In this document: positions 1 through 10,918 of the stretch, piece after piece
Layout: every line of letters starts with the position of its first letter
How positions within the stretch are numbered: the stretch's first letter is position 1
Assembly (NCBI GenBank): GCA_963665115.1
Contig: OY762007.1
Location: 736,001-800,000, forward strand
Origin: an uncultured Rivularia sp.
GTDB taxonomy: Bacteria > Cyanobacteriota > Cyanobacteriia > Cyanobacteriales > Nostocaceae
Direction: 5' to 3'
Length of the DNA: 64,000 nucleotides
Notes under the pieces: model-generated
Databases searched by the model: none
What the model was told of the DNA's origin: nothing
Seen by the model: only the letters and a program-made list of their open reading frames with translations
Translations under genes and position numbers: made by a program

Positions 1-2
1 AC

Positions 3-227
3 GAACTTCGTTACTTCTTCCTAACATCTCAAGCAGAAATCTTAGATAATCCCGGAATTGATGATTGTAAACACAAATCCCAGACAGATAACTGGGATAT
101 CGGAGTCGCAAAAGCAGACGGCGAAAAGTGCGATCGATGCTGGAATTACTCTACAAAAGTCGGAGAATTCAAAGAACATCCCTTATTGTGCGAAAGATGC
201 GTTAGTGCATTAGCAGGAGAATTCTAA
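3..227 (+). CDS. ileS: Isoleucine--tRNA ligase, 3' end (partial, runs off window start)
   Basis: Frame from 3 reads ELRYFFLTSQ...GEKCDRCWNY...HPLLCERC...GEF*, the C-terminal zinc-binding motif of bacterial type-1 IleRS. Confidence 0.9.
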   Translation, partial: ELRYFFLTSQAEILDNPGIDDCKHKSQTDNWDIGVAKADGEKCDRCWNYSTKVGEFKEHPLLCERCVSALAGEF

Positions 228-243
228 AACACACAGTCACCAA

Positions 244-308
244 TGTAGAGACGTAGCACTGCTACGTCTCCCCGCATTTAAGGTTTTAATAATAATTTCG
301 TCAAAAAA
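244..308 (+). repeat. REP-like palindrome (GTAGAGACGTAGCACTGCTACGTCTC) plus tail; direct-repeat copy at 1077-1141
   Basis: GTAG-led hairpin; same core also at ~18354-18380 and, inverted, at ~18475-18500. Confidence 0.8.
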
Positions 309-401
309 TTTCTTTTAAATAGTACAGTATTTCACCGGAAGAAAATAAACAAAGTCTAACTTATATTTAATTGACACTCGTTTATTTTTCTTTTTAATGC
401 T

Positions 402-1055
402 ATGGAATTAACATTTATCTTTATTGTCTTTATTCTTACGATTATTTTAGTTCCCTTTGGTATCTATATTCAGTTCAAAGAAGATAAAGAAAGAAGAAAA
501 GCTTACCAAACTTGGGCACAATCATACAATTGGTATTACAATCCGAAACGCGATGGAAAGATTTGCCGTAATTATAAACACTCAAATCTAATCCGGTTTA
601 TCCTTACTATTTCTGTGTTTGACGTTATTAAAGGGACATGGGAAGGGTATTCATTTCTTTCTTTTAATATTCACTGTAAATATAAAAATAAACGTACTAA
701 TTACATCGGAGGAGTAATAATTCATCTTCAGCAATCTTTCCCCAAAATTCTCATACGTCCAAAAAACAGTTTTAATTTATTCGGGAATATTTTAGATTTT
801 AAAGATACTAGAACTGAATCTGTAGAATTTTCAAAACATTTTACTGTGCGTTGTAAAAATAAGGATTTTGCTTACGATTTTTGCAATCCAAGCATGATGA
901 AATATCTTTTATCACAACCACATACATATATGGAAATTGAATTAAGCCAAAATACGCTGATTATTTTTAACTACTATAAATCGGCAATGAAGCCTAATGA
1001 CGTAGAAGAAAATTTAAATCAATTAATTCAACTGCGGAAATTAATGCCAAATTGA
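402..1055 (+). CDS. Hypothetical membrane-anchored protein (N-terminal TM helix)
   Basis: 217-aa ORF with hydrophobic N-terminus; C-terminal ESVEFSKHFTVRC...FAYDFCNPSMM segment looks like a real conserved domain. Confidence 0.75.
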   Translation: MELTFIFIVFILTIILVPFGIYIQFKEDKERRKAYQTWAQSYNWYYNPKRDGKICRNYKHSNLIRFILTISVFDVIKGTWEGYSFLSFNIHCKYKNKRTNYIGGVIIHLQQSFPKILIRPKNSFNLFGNILDFKDTRTESVEFSKHFTVRCKNKDFAYDFCNPSMMKYLLSQPHTYMEIELSQNTLIIFNYYKSAMKPNDVEENLNQLIQLRKLMPN

Positions 1056-1076
1056 AAAGGTTATACATATCAATTG

Positions 1077-1141
1077 TGTAGAGACGTAGCAGTGCTACGT
1101 CTCCCCGTGTTTAGGGTTGTACCAACAACTTCGTAAAAAAA
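1077..1141 (+). repeat. REP-like palindrome plus tail, second copy flanking gene 402-1055
   Basis: TGTAGAGACGTAGCAGTGCTACGTCTCCCCG..., near-identical to 244-308. Confidence 0.8.
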
Positions 1142-1178
1142 CATCATTTCAACAAAACACCCAAAAATAACAAATATT

Positions 1179-1278
1179 GTAGGTTGGGTTGAGGAACGTT
1201 AGCGCAGCGTGTCCCGCAAGGACATAACCCAACAAACGGTTGATAATGTTGGGTTTCACTTCGTTCAACCCAACCTAC
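1179..1278. repeat. REPIN-like element (GTAGGTTGGGTT...AACCCAACCTAC)
   Basis: Inverted pair of GTAG-led hairpins of the same family as those around the RAYT at 50400. Confidence 0.8.
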
Positions 1279-1287
1279 CACTACATA

Positions 1288-2766
1288 GTTTCCATCCCCG
1301 TTGAGGGGAATAGGTTTGGAAAGCTGCTGCTTTCACGTCTGAGCCCAAATATGTGATCGTTTCCATCCCCGTTGAGGGGAATAGGTTTGGAAAGTACTTG
1401 CAAGGTGCTTCGTAAAGTTTGCACAAGAAAAGTTTCCATCCCCGTTGAGGGGAATAGGTTTGGAAAGGAGGGAATGTACGGCAAAGCCGTATGGGTGCTA
1501 GATGGTTTCCATCCCCGTTGAGGGGAATAGGTTTGGAAAGAATAAAAAATTTAGAGAAGAAGTAGCAAATTCATGTTTCCATCCCCGTTGAGGGGAATAG
1601 GTTTGGAAAGGATTATCGGTCACTCAAATAGATCCAGTAGGAATGTTTCCATCCCCGTTGAGGGGAATAGGTTTGGAAAGATAATATTGAAAGAAGATGG
1701 CGATTTTACAAATAAGGTTTCCATCCCCGTTGAGGGGAATAGGTTTGGAAAGACGCTGCTTTAGGTTTCGCTGCTGGTGTTGCTTTAACGTTTCCATCCC
1801 CGTTGAGGGGAATAGGTTTGGAAAGTGGTTTGAACGAAAGAAAATATGCTATTATCTGTGGGTTTCCATCCCCGTTGAGGGGAATAGGTTTGGAAAGAAG
1901 GAAATTATATTTTTCTTGCAAAAAAGCAATAGAGTTTCCATCCCCGTTGAGGGGAATAGGTTTGGAAAGTTGTAAGAGTTTCGTGTGAAGATCCTAATAC
2001 GAAACGTTTCCATCCCCGTTGAGGGGAATAGGTTTGGAAAGTTTTCGTATCTAACTGCCCAAAAAGGTGTGTATGTTCCGGTTTCCATCCCCGTTGAGGG
2101 GAATAGGTTTGGAAAGGTTGAAAAAGTTCTCCCAGGAGAGCTTATATTAAAAGTTTCCATCCCCGTTGAGGGGAATAGGTTTGGAAAGAGGAGTAGAAGT
2201 TGCAAAAGCTGACAGTGCACCAGGTAGTTTCCATCCCCGTTGAGGGGAATAGGTTTGGAAAGGAAGGGTCTAAATTGTTTAAGTAAAACAACTAGAAAGG
2301 TTTCCATCCCCGTTGAGGGGAATAGGTTTGGAAAGAGAAAAGAAGTAAGCCTAAAGCTCCAAGAAGAAAGTTTCCATCCCCGTTGAGGGGAATAGGTTTG
2401 GAAAGAATAAACCTGCAGAAGCTAATACCAAAGAATGGGTGTTTCCATCCCCGTTGAGGGGAATAGGTTTGGAAAGAATTCATACAGTTAGTAACGACTA
2501 CATGGATTATGTTTCCATCCCCGTTGAGGGGAATAGGTTTGGAAAGTGCCCCATGCATTCTGGAAAACCTTTCGTTGGAGAAAGAGTTTCCATCCCCGTT
2601 GAGGGGAATAGGTTTGGAAAGTGTAAGAGTCAATTTGAACTCTTCCATATTTCTGCCAGTTTCCATCCCCGTTGAGGGGAATAGGTTTGGAAAGAAGCAT
2701 CTAATAATTCTGTTTTTGTAGGACTTTAATGTTTCCATCCCCGTTGAGGGGAATAGGTTTGGAAAG
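1288..2766 (-). CRISPR. CRISPR array: 21 identical 36-bp repeats, 20 spacers of ~34-39 bp; no cas genes in window
   Basis: Repeat on + is GTTTCCATCCCCGTTGAGGGGAATAGGTTTGGAAAG; on - it is CTTTCCAAACCTATTCCCCTCAACGGGGATGGAAAC with a CCCC/GGGG hairpin and an 8-nt ATGGAAAC handle; leader on the right side. Confidence 0.98.
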
Positions 2767-2990
2767 AGTTCACTTCTAGAACCGTTACACAGCAGGGGTT
2801 TGGAATACCCCAATCGACACACTCTGAAAAAATGGAAAAATTTTTCGGAGAATTGATGATTTTTGTCGTCTGAAAGCCTTACTGGGCAAGCAATCGACAC
2901 ACTCCAACGAAGTTATAGGGTTTTCAAGGTTCTGGCGGAGTGTGTCGATTTTGATGTATCGCAACTCTATGAATAATCTAAGTGTAATCA
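2767..2990 (-). promoter_or_regulatory. CRISPR leader
   Basis: Non-coding region abutting the last repeat, with AATCGACACACTC motifs at 2812, 2892 and inverted at 2938; distal boundary approximate. Confidence 0.75.
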
Positions 2991-3257
2991 AATTCATAGT
3001 CAACTACTTAGAAACAAATTGAAACAATTAAATAGGGGAAACATTTCGTGGAAGAGGAAATTAGGAATCTATGATGATTTATAAGTCGATTTAAATTAGC
3101 ATTGCATATTGTCATATATAATACAATTCTGAACTAACAAACACTTAACCAATATTAATATAATTTTTTCCATTAAAATTATAGGTTGGATTGAAGGTCT
3201 TGTAAATCGAGCTTTCTTAGCAGAGAAATGTCCATTTGCCCCTCTCAATTTTCTTTA

Positions 3258-3596
3258 TTAACAACTAAGCAAAGTTGTAAGCATTCCTACCATATAATCA
3301 GTCAAATCTTGGTCAATAACAACACCAGTGGTTTCCCAGCATCGATCGTTTAGGTCTAAATTTCGCACCTGTTCTGTATCAACCGATCCTGTAATAGATA
3401 AATTATCTGGTAATGGCACTAAGGTTTTAATTTTGGGCTTGATAGTGTTAGTTATGGGTAAAACAATAACCATCTTGCGCCGATGATTGAACTTAGTATT
3501 ACTAATCACTAAGTAAGGTCTGGTTTTTCCTTGTTGCTCCCTACCTGAAGTTGGATTAAGGTTTATTCTGATAATTTCTCCTCTTTGAACGCTCAA
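3258..3596 (-). CDS. mazF: Type II toxin, PemK/MazF family
   Basis: RGEIIRINLNPTSGREQQGKTRPYLVIS...VLPITN...EQVRNLD motifs; start overlaps antitoxin stop. Confidence 0.88.
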   Translation of the reverse strand: MSVQRGEIIRINLNPTSGREQQGKTRPYLVISNTKFNHRRKMVIVLPITNTIKPKIKTLVPLPDNLSITGSVDTEQVRNLDLNDRCWETTGVVIDQDLTDYMVGMLTTLLSC

Positions 3597-3850
3597 ATTA
3601 ACTCTCTCCCCTGTGGTTCCGACTGAGGAAAGTCCTGTAAGTCTTCTGGATGTCTGTAATCTTCAGGAATACTATCTAAAATTTCATCCAAAGTTGGCAA
3701 TGTTTTATCTTGCTCTATAATCAAGCGATCGCCTTCTATACTTACCAAAATATTGCTGTTAGCCTCCAGTTTGAGATCGTTGACTATCGAACTAGGGACG
3801 ATTAACCCTAAGCTATTCCCCCATTTTTTGATTTGACTTTTGATTTTCAT
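3593..3850 (-). CDS. mazE: Antitoxin, AbrB/MazE family
   Basis: IKKWGNSLGLIVP AbrB motif and C-terminal PQGREL. Confidence 0.88.
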   Translation of the reverse strand: MKIKSQIKKWGNSLGLIVPSSIVNDLKLEANSNILVSIEGDRLIIEQDKTLPTLDEILDSIPEDYRHPEDLQDFPQSEPQGRELI

Positions 3851-3851
3851 A

Positions 3852-3883
3852 AATTAGACATAGTATAATTAGACATAGTATAA
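3852..3883. promoter_or_regulatory. 15-bp tandem direct repeat (AATTAGACATAGTAT x2) just upstream of the antitoxin; possible operator or local duplication
   Basis: Repeat seen directly; role inferred from position only. Confidence 0.35.
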
Positions 3884-3923
3884 CAAATTAAGGGAGCTTT
3901 CCGGCTTCCATTGCAATTACCCG

Positions 3924-3976
3924 TTACCAATTACCAATTATCAATTACCAATTACCAATTACCAATTACCAATTAC
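3924..3976. repeat. STRR heptamer array (TTACCAA)n
   Basis: About 7 tandem copies; similar array at 6559-6593. Confidence 0.85.
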
Positions 3977-4172
3977 AATTCCTGAGTTAATTGAGTAAAC
4001 GCTGGGAATTTGACGAAGATAAATACTTCACATAACTTATCAAGCAACGCCTCCATCCTTATATTCCATATAATGATAAGAATTGCTGTGACACAAACTT
4101 TAGCCTACACAATCTCCTCAAGTAAAATCTCAAACTAAACCATCACAACAACTATAGAAAGGACTGAACTAA

Positions 4173-6458
4173 ATGAACAACAACCCTACTGACGCTCCCG
4201 CACAATGCCCCTTTCGTGGAACCCGCGTTGGAGGAGCGCTCGGTTCTAAGCCGCAAACTGATGACTGGTGGCCGAATCGACTTCAGGTGGAGCTGCTTCA
4301 CCAAAATTCACCTCTAGCTAACCCGTTAGGAGATTTCAACTATCAAGAAGCGTTTCAAAAGATTGACTTCCAACAGTTGAAGAAGGATATCAAAACTCTA
4401 CTCACAAATTCAAAAGACTGGTGGCCAGCCGACTACGGCAACTACGGACCTCAGATGATCCGCATGGCATGGCACGCTGCGGGAACCTACCGCATCGCAG
4501 ACGGTCGCGGGGGAGCGAGCCGAGGTATGCAGCGCTTTGCCCCGATCAATTCTTGGTGGGATAACGGCAACACAGATAAATCACGACGGCTGCTGTGGCC
4601 AATCAAGCAGAAATACGGCGCAGCACTAAGCTGGGCAGATTTAATGATTTTGGTCGGCAACTGCTCGCTGGAAATCATGGGTTTGAAGACTTTTGGCTAC
4701 GGCGGTGGTCGCATTGACGCTTGGGAAGCAGATCGCGCTACCTACTGGGGGCCTGAGTTCTGGAACGGTGAACCCTTCGGAGAAAATGGTAAGGAACACG
4801 AGGGACATCCAGATGAGATGGTGACTCGAACAATTCGCTGGGTTGGCGAACCGAAAGACGAATACTACGACCTGGAAAACCCTTTGGGAGCTTCGCACCA
4901 GGCTTTAATTTACGTCGATCCAGAAGGTCCTGATGGCAGCGGAGACCCGATTGCATCTGCCCGCGACATCCGCGAGACTTTTGCTCGCATGGCAATGAAC
5001 GATGAGGAAACTGTAGCGTTGATTGCGGGTGGTCATGCTTTTGGTAAAAGCCACGGTATGGTTGCGGCAGGCAAGATTGGGCCAGCCCCCGAAGGTGCGC
5101 CGATTCAGGCAATGGGCTTGGGGTGGCAGAATCCCGAAGGTACTGGGTTTGCCGAATATACAATGACAAACGGGATTGAAGGCTCATGGACACCAAACCC
5201 CACCCAATGGGACAACAGCTACCTAGAAAATCTCTTTAAATACGATTGGGAAAAAGACAAGAGTCCAACTGGTGCGATTCAGTGGAAGCCAGTTGATCCT
5301 AGTGCGCCAAAGACACCAGATGCCCATAAATCTGGTGTCGAGCATTCCTTAATGATGATGACTTCAGACGTTGCGTTGAAGGAAGATTCTGCTTATCATC
5401 AAGTCTGTAAAAGCTTTCTGGGTGACTTCGAGTACTTTAGCGATACATTTGCGCGTGCTTGGTATAAGCTGACTCATCGGGACATGGGACCAAAAGTACG
5501 CTATCTTGGCCCAGAAGTTCCACAGGAAGACCTGACTTGGCAAGACCCGATTCCACAACTCGACCACGATGTTGTCAATGATGCCGATATTAGTTCTCTT
5601 AAAAACAAGATTTTGGCGAGCGGTCTTTCAGTATCGGCGCTAGTGTCGGCAGCTTGGGCTTCCGCATCAAACTATCGCGACTCAGACAAGCGCGGTGGTG
5701 CGAATGGCGCTCGCGTTCGTTTAGACCCCCAAAAAGATTGGGAAGTAAATCGTCCGCAAGAACTCAGTCAGGTTTTATCCACTCTTGAGCGAATTCAGGC
5801 GGACTTTAACGGCACCCAGTCAGGTAACAAAAAAGTCTCGATGGCAGACCTGATTGTCCTCGGTGGCTGCGCTGCTGTCGAAAAAGCTGCCAAAGATGCT
5901 GGAATTGACACCAGTGTTCCATTCACACCAGGTCGAATGGATACTACTCTAGAAGTGACAGATGTTGAAAGCTTTGAATGGCTCAAACCAGTCTCCGACG
6001 GTTTCAGAAATTATCATAACGAGGCTGTGGGCTATAAGGTGAAGGCAGAGCGCATCTTCCTCGATCGCGCACAGCTGCTGACACTGACCGCACCCGAGTG
6101 GACGGTTCTTGTTGGTGGACTTCGCGCCCTCGACCAAAACTGGGATAATTCCAAGCATGGTATATTCACTGACCGACCAGGTGTTTTAACCAACGACTTT
6201 TTCCGTGTCTTGACCAGCATGGACTACGAGTGGAAGCCAATTGACAATCGCGAGATGCTCTTTAATATTTGCGATCGCGAAACAGGCGAAACCAAGTTTA
6301 CCGCGACACGCTGCGACTTGATTTTCGGTTCTAACGCCGAACTGCGTCAAGTAGCTGAAGTCTACGGAGCCGACGACGGTAAAGAGCGGATGGTTAAAGA
6401 CTTTGTTGCAGCTTGGAATAAAGTGATGATGCTCGATCGCTTTGACGTTAGCGCATAA
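4173..6458 (+). CDS. katG: Catalase-peroxidase
   Basis: [11 protein letters not shown] distal motif, [28 protein letters not shown]-terminal [12 protein letters not shown]. Confidence 0.97.
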   Translation: MNNNPTDAPAQCPFRGTRVGGALGSKPQTDDWWPNRLQVELLHQNSPLANPLGDFNYQEAFQKIDFQQLKKDIKTLLTNSKDWWPADYGNYGPQMIRMAWHAAGTYRIADGRGGASRGMQRFAPINSWWDNGNTDKSRRLLWPIKQKYGAALSWADLMILVGNCSLEIMGLKTFGYGGGRIDAWEADRATYWGPEFWNGEPFGENGKEHEGHPDEMVTRTIRWVGEPKDEYYDLENPLGASHQALIYVDPEGPDGSGDPIASARDIRETFARMAMNDEETVALIAGGHAFGKSHGMVAAGKIGPAPEGAPIQAMGLGWQNPEGTGFAEYTMTNGIEGSWTPNPTQWDNSYLENLFKYDWEKDKSPTGAIQWKPVDPSAPKTPDAHKSGVEHSLMMMTSDVALKEDSAYHQVCKSFLGDFEYFSDTFARAWYKLTHRDMGPKVRYLGPEVPQEDLTWQDPIPQLDHDVVNDADISSLKNKILASGLSVSALVSAAWASASNYRDSDKRGGANGARVRLDPQKDWEVNRPQELSQVLSTLERIQADFNGTQSGNKKVSMADLIVLGGCAAVEKAAKDAGIDTSVPFTPGRMDTTLEVTDVESFEWLKPVSDGFRNYHNEAVGYKVKAERIFLDRAQLLTLTAPEWTVLVGGLRALDQNWDNSKHGIFTDRPGVLTNDFFRVLTSMDYEWKPIDNREMLFNICDRETGETKFTATRCDLIFGSNAELRQVAEVYGADDGKERMVKDFVAAWNKVMMLDRFDVSA

Positions 6459-6483
6459 AGGTGAAATTGTTGTACTGGATTTT

Positions 6484-6551
6484 GTAGGTTGGGTGAAGCG
6501 TTAGCGCAACCCACACAGATATTGGGTTACACTCCGTTCAACCCAACCTAC
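6484..6551. repeat. Short REPIN-like element between convergent katG and parA-like gene
   Basis: GTAGGTTGGGT...ACCCAACCTAC inverted ends. Confidence 0.75.
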
Positions 6552-6593
6552 CACTCGATTACCAATTACCAATTACCAATTCCCAATTCCCAA

Positions 6594-7478
6594 TTAAAGT
6601 TTTTTCAACAATTCCTGAGTCAATTGATTAAAAGCTTTTGAACCTCCAGATTGCGGACTATTTAACACCACTGGCATAAAACTATCAACTGCTTTAGCAA
6701 CATTTACATCAACTGGTATTTGCGTTTGACAAATTTTTTCAGCACCATAATCTTGATAAACGCGATTGATTACTTGTTTATAATATCTTCCAGTTAACAT
6801 ATTGCTGTTGGACATTGTAAACACAATTCCCAACATTGATATATCTATATTTGCCTCGTTCTCGTGACTTTCTTTTAACTGAGCAATGCGTCTTTCTAAT
6901 AACTGAATACCAACCACAGATAAAGGTTCTGGTTTCGCAGGAAGAACGTAAAAATCGCTGGCAGCTAAAGCGCTACGAGTTAAAAGATTATAGCCGGGAG
7001 CGCAATCGAGAAGAATGAAATCATACTCATCACGTACTGGTTCTAAAATCTTACCCAGCAACACTCTTTCAAAACGATTCCAAATTGCTTCAAAATTATT
7101 TTCACCCAAACTTACTGCTTGTTGGTGCAGCATTTGCGACACAATGAATTCATCGTATAAATCGATATCTCCCGGCAGCAAATCAAGTCCTGAAAGGTTA
7201 TTAAGTGAAGGTTGAATAATCTCTTGAATCGATAATTTTTTCCGATTTGGTGATTTGACAATATCATCGATCAAATATCTTAAAGTCTGTCTTTTTTTCC
7301 GCAGTTTAGCAAACTCAATCGGCGACATCAAACTTAGAGTAGCGCTGATTTGAGTATCTAAATCCAACACAAGCACCCGCTTACCGTGATTTTTCGCCAA
7401 ACAAGTAGCCAAATTAACAGTAAGAGTAGTTTTACCAACCCCACCCTTCATATTTGCCGTCGAAATTACATATCCCAT
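6594..7478 (-). CDS. ParA/Soj family ATPase
   Basis: Deviant Walker A KGGVGKTT, LVLDLD, ILLDCAPG. Confidence 0.92.
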   Translation of the reverse strand: MGYVISTANMKGGVGKTTLTVNLATCLAKNHGKRVLVLDLDTQISATLSLMSPIEFAKLRKKRQTLRYLIDDIVKSPNRKKLSIQEIIQPSLNNLSGLDLLPGDIDLYDEFIVSQMLHQQAVSLGENNFEAIWNRFERVLLGKILEPVRDEYDFILLDCAPGYNLLTRSALAASDFYVLPAKPEPLSVVGIQLLERRIAQLKESHENEANIDISMLGIVFTMSNSNMLTGRYYKQVINRVYQDYGAEKICQTQIPVDVNVAKAVDSFMPVVLNSPQSGGSKAFNQLTQELLKKL

Positions 7479-8014
7479 TCTTACAGTTCCTCTGTTAACG
7501 CATTCCGATTTAAGTCAAGCAAACGTATCTATAAAATTCAAAATTACAGCGAGATTTAAGATTTTTTATACTCCAGAAATTGGCATTGATAATGTTTTAT
7601 TATTTAAGGCAGTCAGATTATACCTGTGAGTTGATTATTGGTAAAGCCAATTCATGTATTTCTTTAGATATATAAAATTTCTCTGTAAATCCTCACACTC
7701 GCCTTGGAATAAATTCCCAGGCTAATATACGAAGTCGTCTAAAGACGACTGCATAGGGAATTGAGTAGGTTTTAACTCTTAAGGAACCTAAAACTAATTG
7801 CGTTAAGATTAATAACTTACAAAATTCTTAAAAAGCACAAATAAACCCGATTTCTTGCTGGTTGTATAACGAGATAATTATATTTTTACAAATAGAAACC
7901 CGGTTGCTATAACTGCTGATGTGCAATTAAACGGCGTTTCAACGTACATCTTGCACCATTGTTGTTAAGCCCACATTCCAAGGTGTGAAAGCCAATCGCG
8001 GATACTGCAAAAAA

Positions 8015-10631
8015 TCATTTCAAATCAATATTCTTCGCATACAAACTTTGCAAACGCTGCAACTTAGCCCCAACCTGGTATAGCAAATCACCTTTACCCA
8101 GCAAATAAGCAGCAGCAGTTTTTTTACCACCTAAAACGATTGCAGAATCCGCTTCACTTGCGGTACGTAAAGCAACTCTTCCCGGTAAATTGGAGCGAAT
8201 TATCGGTGTAACCACCTTAGCTTCCGGACGTTGAGTAGCAATTATCAAATGAATTCCCGCAGCCCGTGCCATTGCACCCAAGCGTTTTATACTTTGTTCC
8301 AAAGCACTACGAGATTCTTTCTCAGCCATAAAATCGGCATATTCGTCAAAAATGCAGACAATCCGAGCTAAAGGTTTATCAGCACGTTGATTGTAAGCAC
8401 CCAAGTCAGCACACTCGGTTTTTTCAAATTGCTGATAGCGATATTCCATTTCCGAAACCAACTTATCCATCAGTTTCGATCGCATCTTCACTGTCTTTAA
8501 CTATTTGTGAATACAGCCAAGGCATTTTTTCAAACTCTGGAAAAGTCACCCGTTTGGGATCTACCAGAGCAATTTTTAACTGTTGGGGAGAATAGCGTTT
8601 TAGTAAACTTAAAAGTTGCGATCGCAAAAATTCGCTTTTACCGCTTCCGGTTGTACCGCCGACTAAAAAGTGGCAGGTATTGGGATCTGATAAATCGGCT
8701 TCTATTAACTTTCCTTCTAGATTTACACCGATAGCAATTTTTACCGATGTATTTTCAGCTAATTTTTGTGGCTTCAGATAATCATCGAATAAAGCTGCCT
8801 TCCGATTCGGATTAGGTAAATCGACACTAACATATCCAGCTTGTGGAGAAATCAACGGCGGATTTTCCAATCCCATTTGTATCTGTAAATCCGCATATAA
8901 TTTCTGAATAGAATTAAATTTAACACCCAACTGAGGCTTTAACTTCACCCGAATAAAACTTGGAGCAACAGCAGCCTCAATAAAATCTACACTAATTCCA
9001 AACGACTGTAGAGTAGTTACCAACTCCTCACCAACAGCACCAGCGTTAACAGAATTACTTTCTTCCCCCTTCTCTCCACCTCTTTCCTCTGCGCTCTCTG
9101 CGCCTCTGCGGTTTTTAAATCCATAATCTTCTTTATCTACAGGGATTTGATGAGAATCTACCTCACCACCAAAATAACTTTGACACTTCTCCTGCTGAGA
9201 ACAAATTTCACATAAATAAGGCTGAGTTGTAGCTGGGGGAGAATTAGGCTGAGACGGTTGCCAACTCAACCACTCTTGCATCTGCTGTAACTTGTAGGGA
9301 ATTAGCTGATTTACAGTATCTTCCAATTCTTCCCAGCCATAATAATACTCCTTGAATTCCGGCAAAACGCAGTAAACAGCCGAATCTACAGGTACTTGCT
9401 TTTTCTGCCACAACATATAGCCATACAAAGAAACTTGGGCTAATTGCGCCGAAGGATCGACAGGTTGGTAAGTTTTAAATTCCAATAAACACAACCGCTG
9501 ACGTTCAAAATTATAAATTAAACAATCATATTCTCCCCTAACTTGCTGTCGGCTTCCATTAGGTAAATCAAAATAATGTTCTAGCTGCCGCTCTCCCGAA
9601 ATAAAAGTCTTGCGAATTACGCTGGCAGCACTGCAATAACCTCTATTTACTACGAGAATTTCGGCAAAACGTTTAATAATACCTTGCAATCCCTGCCAAA
9701 CTTGGAAAAGCGGTTGAGCTTTACTAATATCCTTTTTAGTAACTTGCTGTAAATAAGGATAAAATTTAACTTGATAGAAAATCTGCTGCATTTCCGAAGC
9801 AACTTTTTCTACATCTAACTGCGATGCTTCTGGTTTAAATAATTCTTTAAATCTAGCTTCACGCAAAGCTAAACTAACAAATTCATCGGCGGAAGTATGA
9901 AAAACAGAACCAATTCCAGTTACAGTATTGCGAGGAATAAATAATGTCTTCCCGCCAAATTTATCGTTAAGATAAAATAAACGCGGACATTCAAATGCAA
10001 CTCTAACTTTAGTAACGGTTAAAGAAGAACTATCAGTTTTTTTCGCGAACCTGTTTGTATTAGCTTTCATCTTAAACAGAGTATTTTCATTATCAGAATT
10101 AAAATCTAATAAATAGCGATGTACGGCAGCTAAATAAACCACATCCATCGCCGCATAATGTAATTGTTTACTTGAAAGAGGTCGTCGTCTCCAGTCGCTA
10201 GCTCCCCCTTCTGCATCAACATCGGTAAATTGACAAAGTTCTGCTGCTAAAGTTTTAAGCTTTAAATTAGAAGTTTTTAATTTGTAACGAGTAATTTTTC
10301 TAGATATTTTCAGCGTACAGGTGACATTTGGGATTAACTTTCCTCCCAGATATTTTAAATCGAAGCTGGAATTATGAAATACCTTTTCTATCTGAGGATT
10401 AACCATAATTTGGTTAATAAAATATGCTGTTAAATCGGGTTTATCCAACACATCAAAAATATAAGCAAACTCACCCATTGAATCATTAGGGTTAGCCAAT
10501 ACCTGAATTAAAGATAATCTGGGATTGGGAGTCCGACAGTCAGCAACTTCCGTATCCAGCCATAGGATTTTAGAAGAGCGGAATCGATCGATTTGAGTTT
10601 TTATTTGAGTCGCATCTGTCAGGTAGTGCAT
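8015..10631 (-). CDS. Fusion of 3'-5' exonuclease (RNase D-like DEDDy), PD-(D/E)XK nuclease and FtsK/SpoIIIE ATPase; split by one extra base near 8474
   Basis: LWLDTEVAD...FHNSSFDL...YAAMD exonuclease; EYDCL...LEFKT nuclease; GGTTGSGKS, LVDPK, IFDEYAD, IIATQRP FtsK motifs. Removing one A after GCGATCG joins ORFs 8463-10631 and 8015-8491. Confidence 0.85.
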
Positions 10632-10702
10632 TTGATTTTTTTAAGATAAACGGCGAATATAATTCGCTTCTACACCGCACATTTCTCGGCAAGCTGGACA
10701 AA

Positions 10703-10809
10703 TACAGCCCTTTGCAGCTAAATGAGGTACAAAGCTATATTCCGAAAGTTTTGTGGGATGGGCATCCCTGCCCGTCAGAATGTACTTCACCAAAACTAAA
10801 TATGCTGTA
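10703..10809. mobile_element. MITE-like element with TACAGC...GCTGTA ends and an internal GTGGGATGGGCATCCCTGCCCGTC hairpin
   Basis: Imperfect terminal inverted repeats (TACAGC..TGAGGTACA / TGTACTTCA..GCTGTA); the internal hairpin recurs inverted at ~49932 and ~50069. Confidence 0.55.
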
Positions 10810-10918
10810 TTTGAAACTCGTACAGATAAATTGATTTTGATAGGTTCGTAGTAAGGACTAAAGTCCTTAGATTGAGCGATAAATCGCTGACTACGAACCT
10901 TAATTACCCTTGAGAAAA

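Noticed and set aside
1324..2730. Self-targeting spacers
   Set aside because: No match noticed by eye within the window; an alignment to the whole genome is needed to exclude it
1281..3003. Many overlapping ORFs with repeated peptides (VSIPVEGNRFGK, FPNLFPSTGMET)
   Set aside because: Translations of CRISPR repeats and leader
4487..6220. Minus-strand ORFs inside katG
   Set aside because: Antisense shadows of a GC-richer gene with no recognisable motifs
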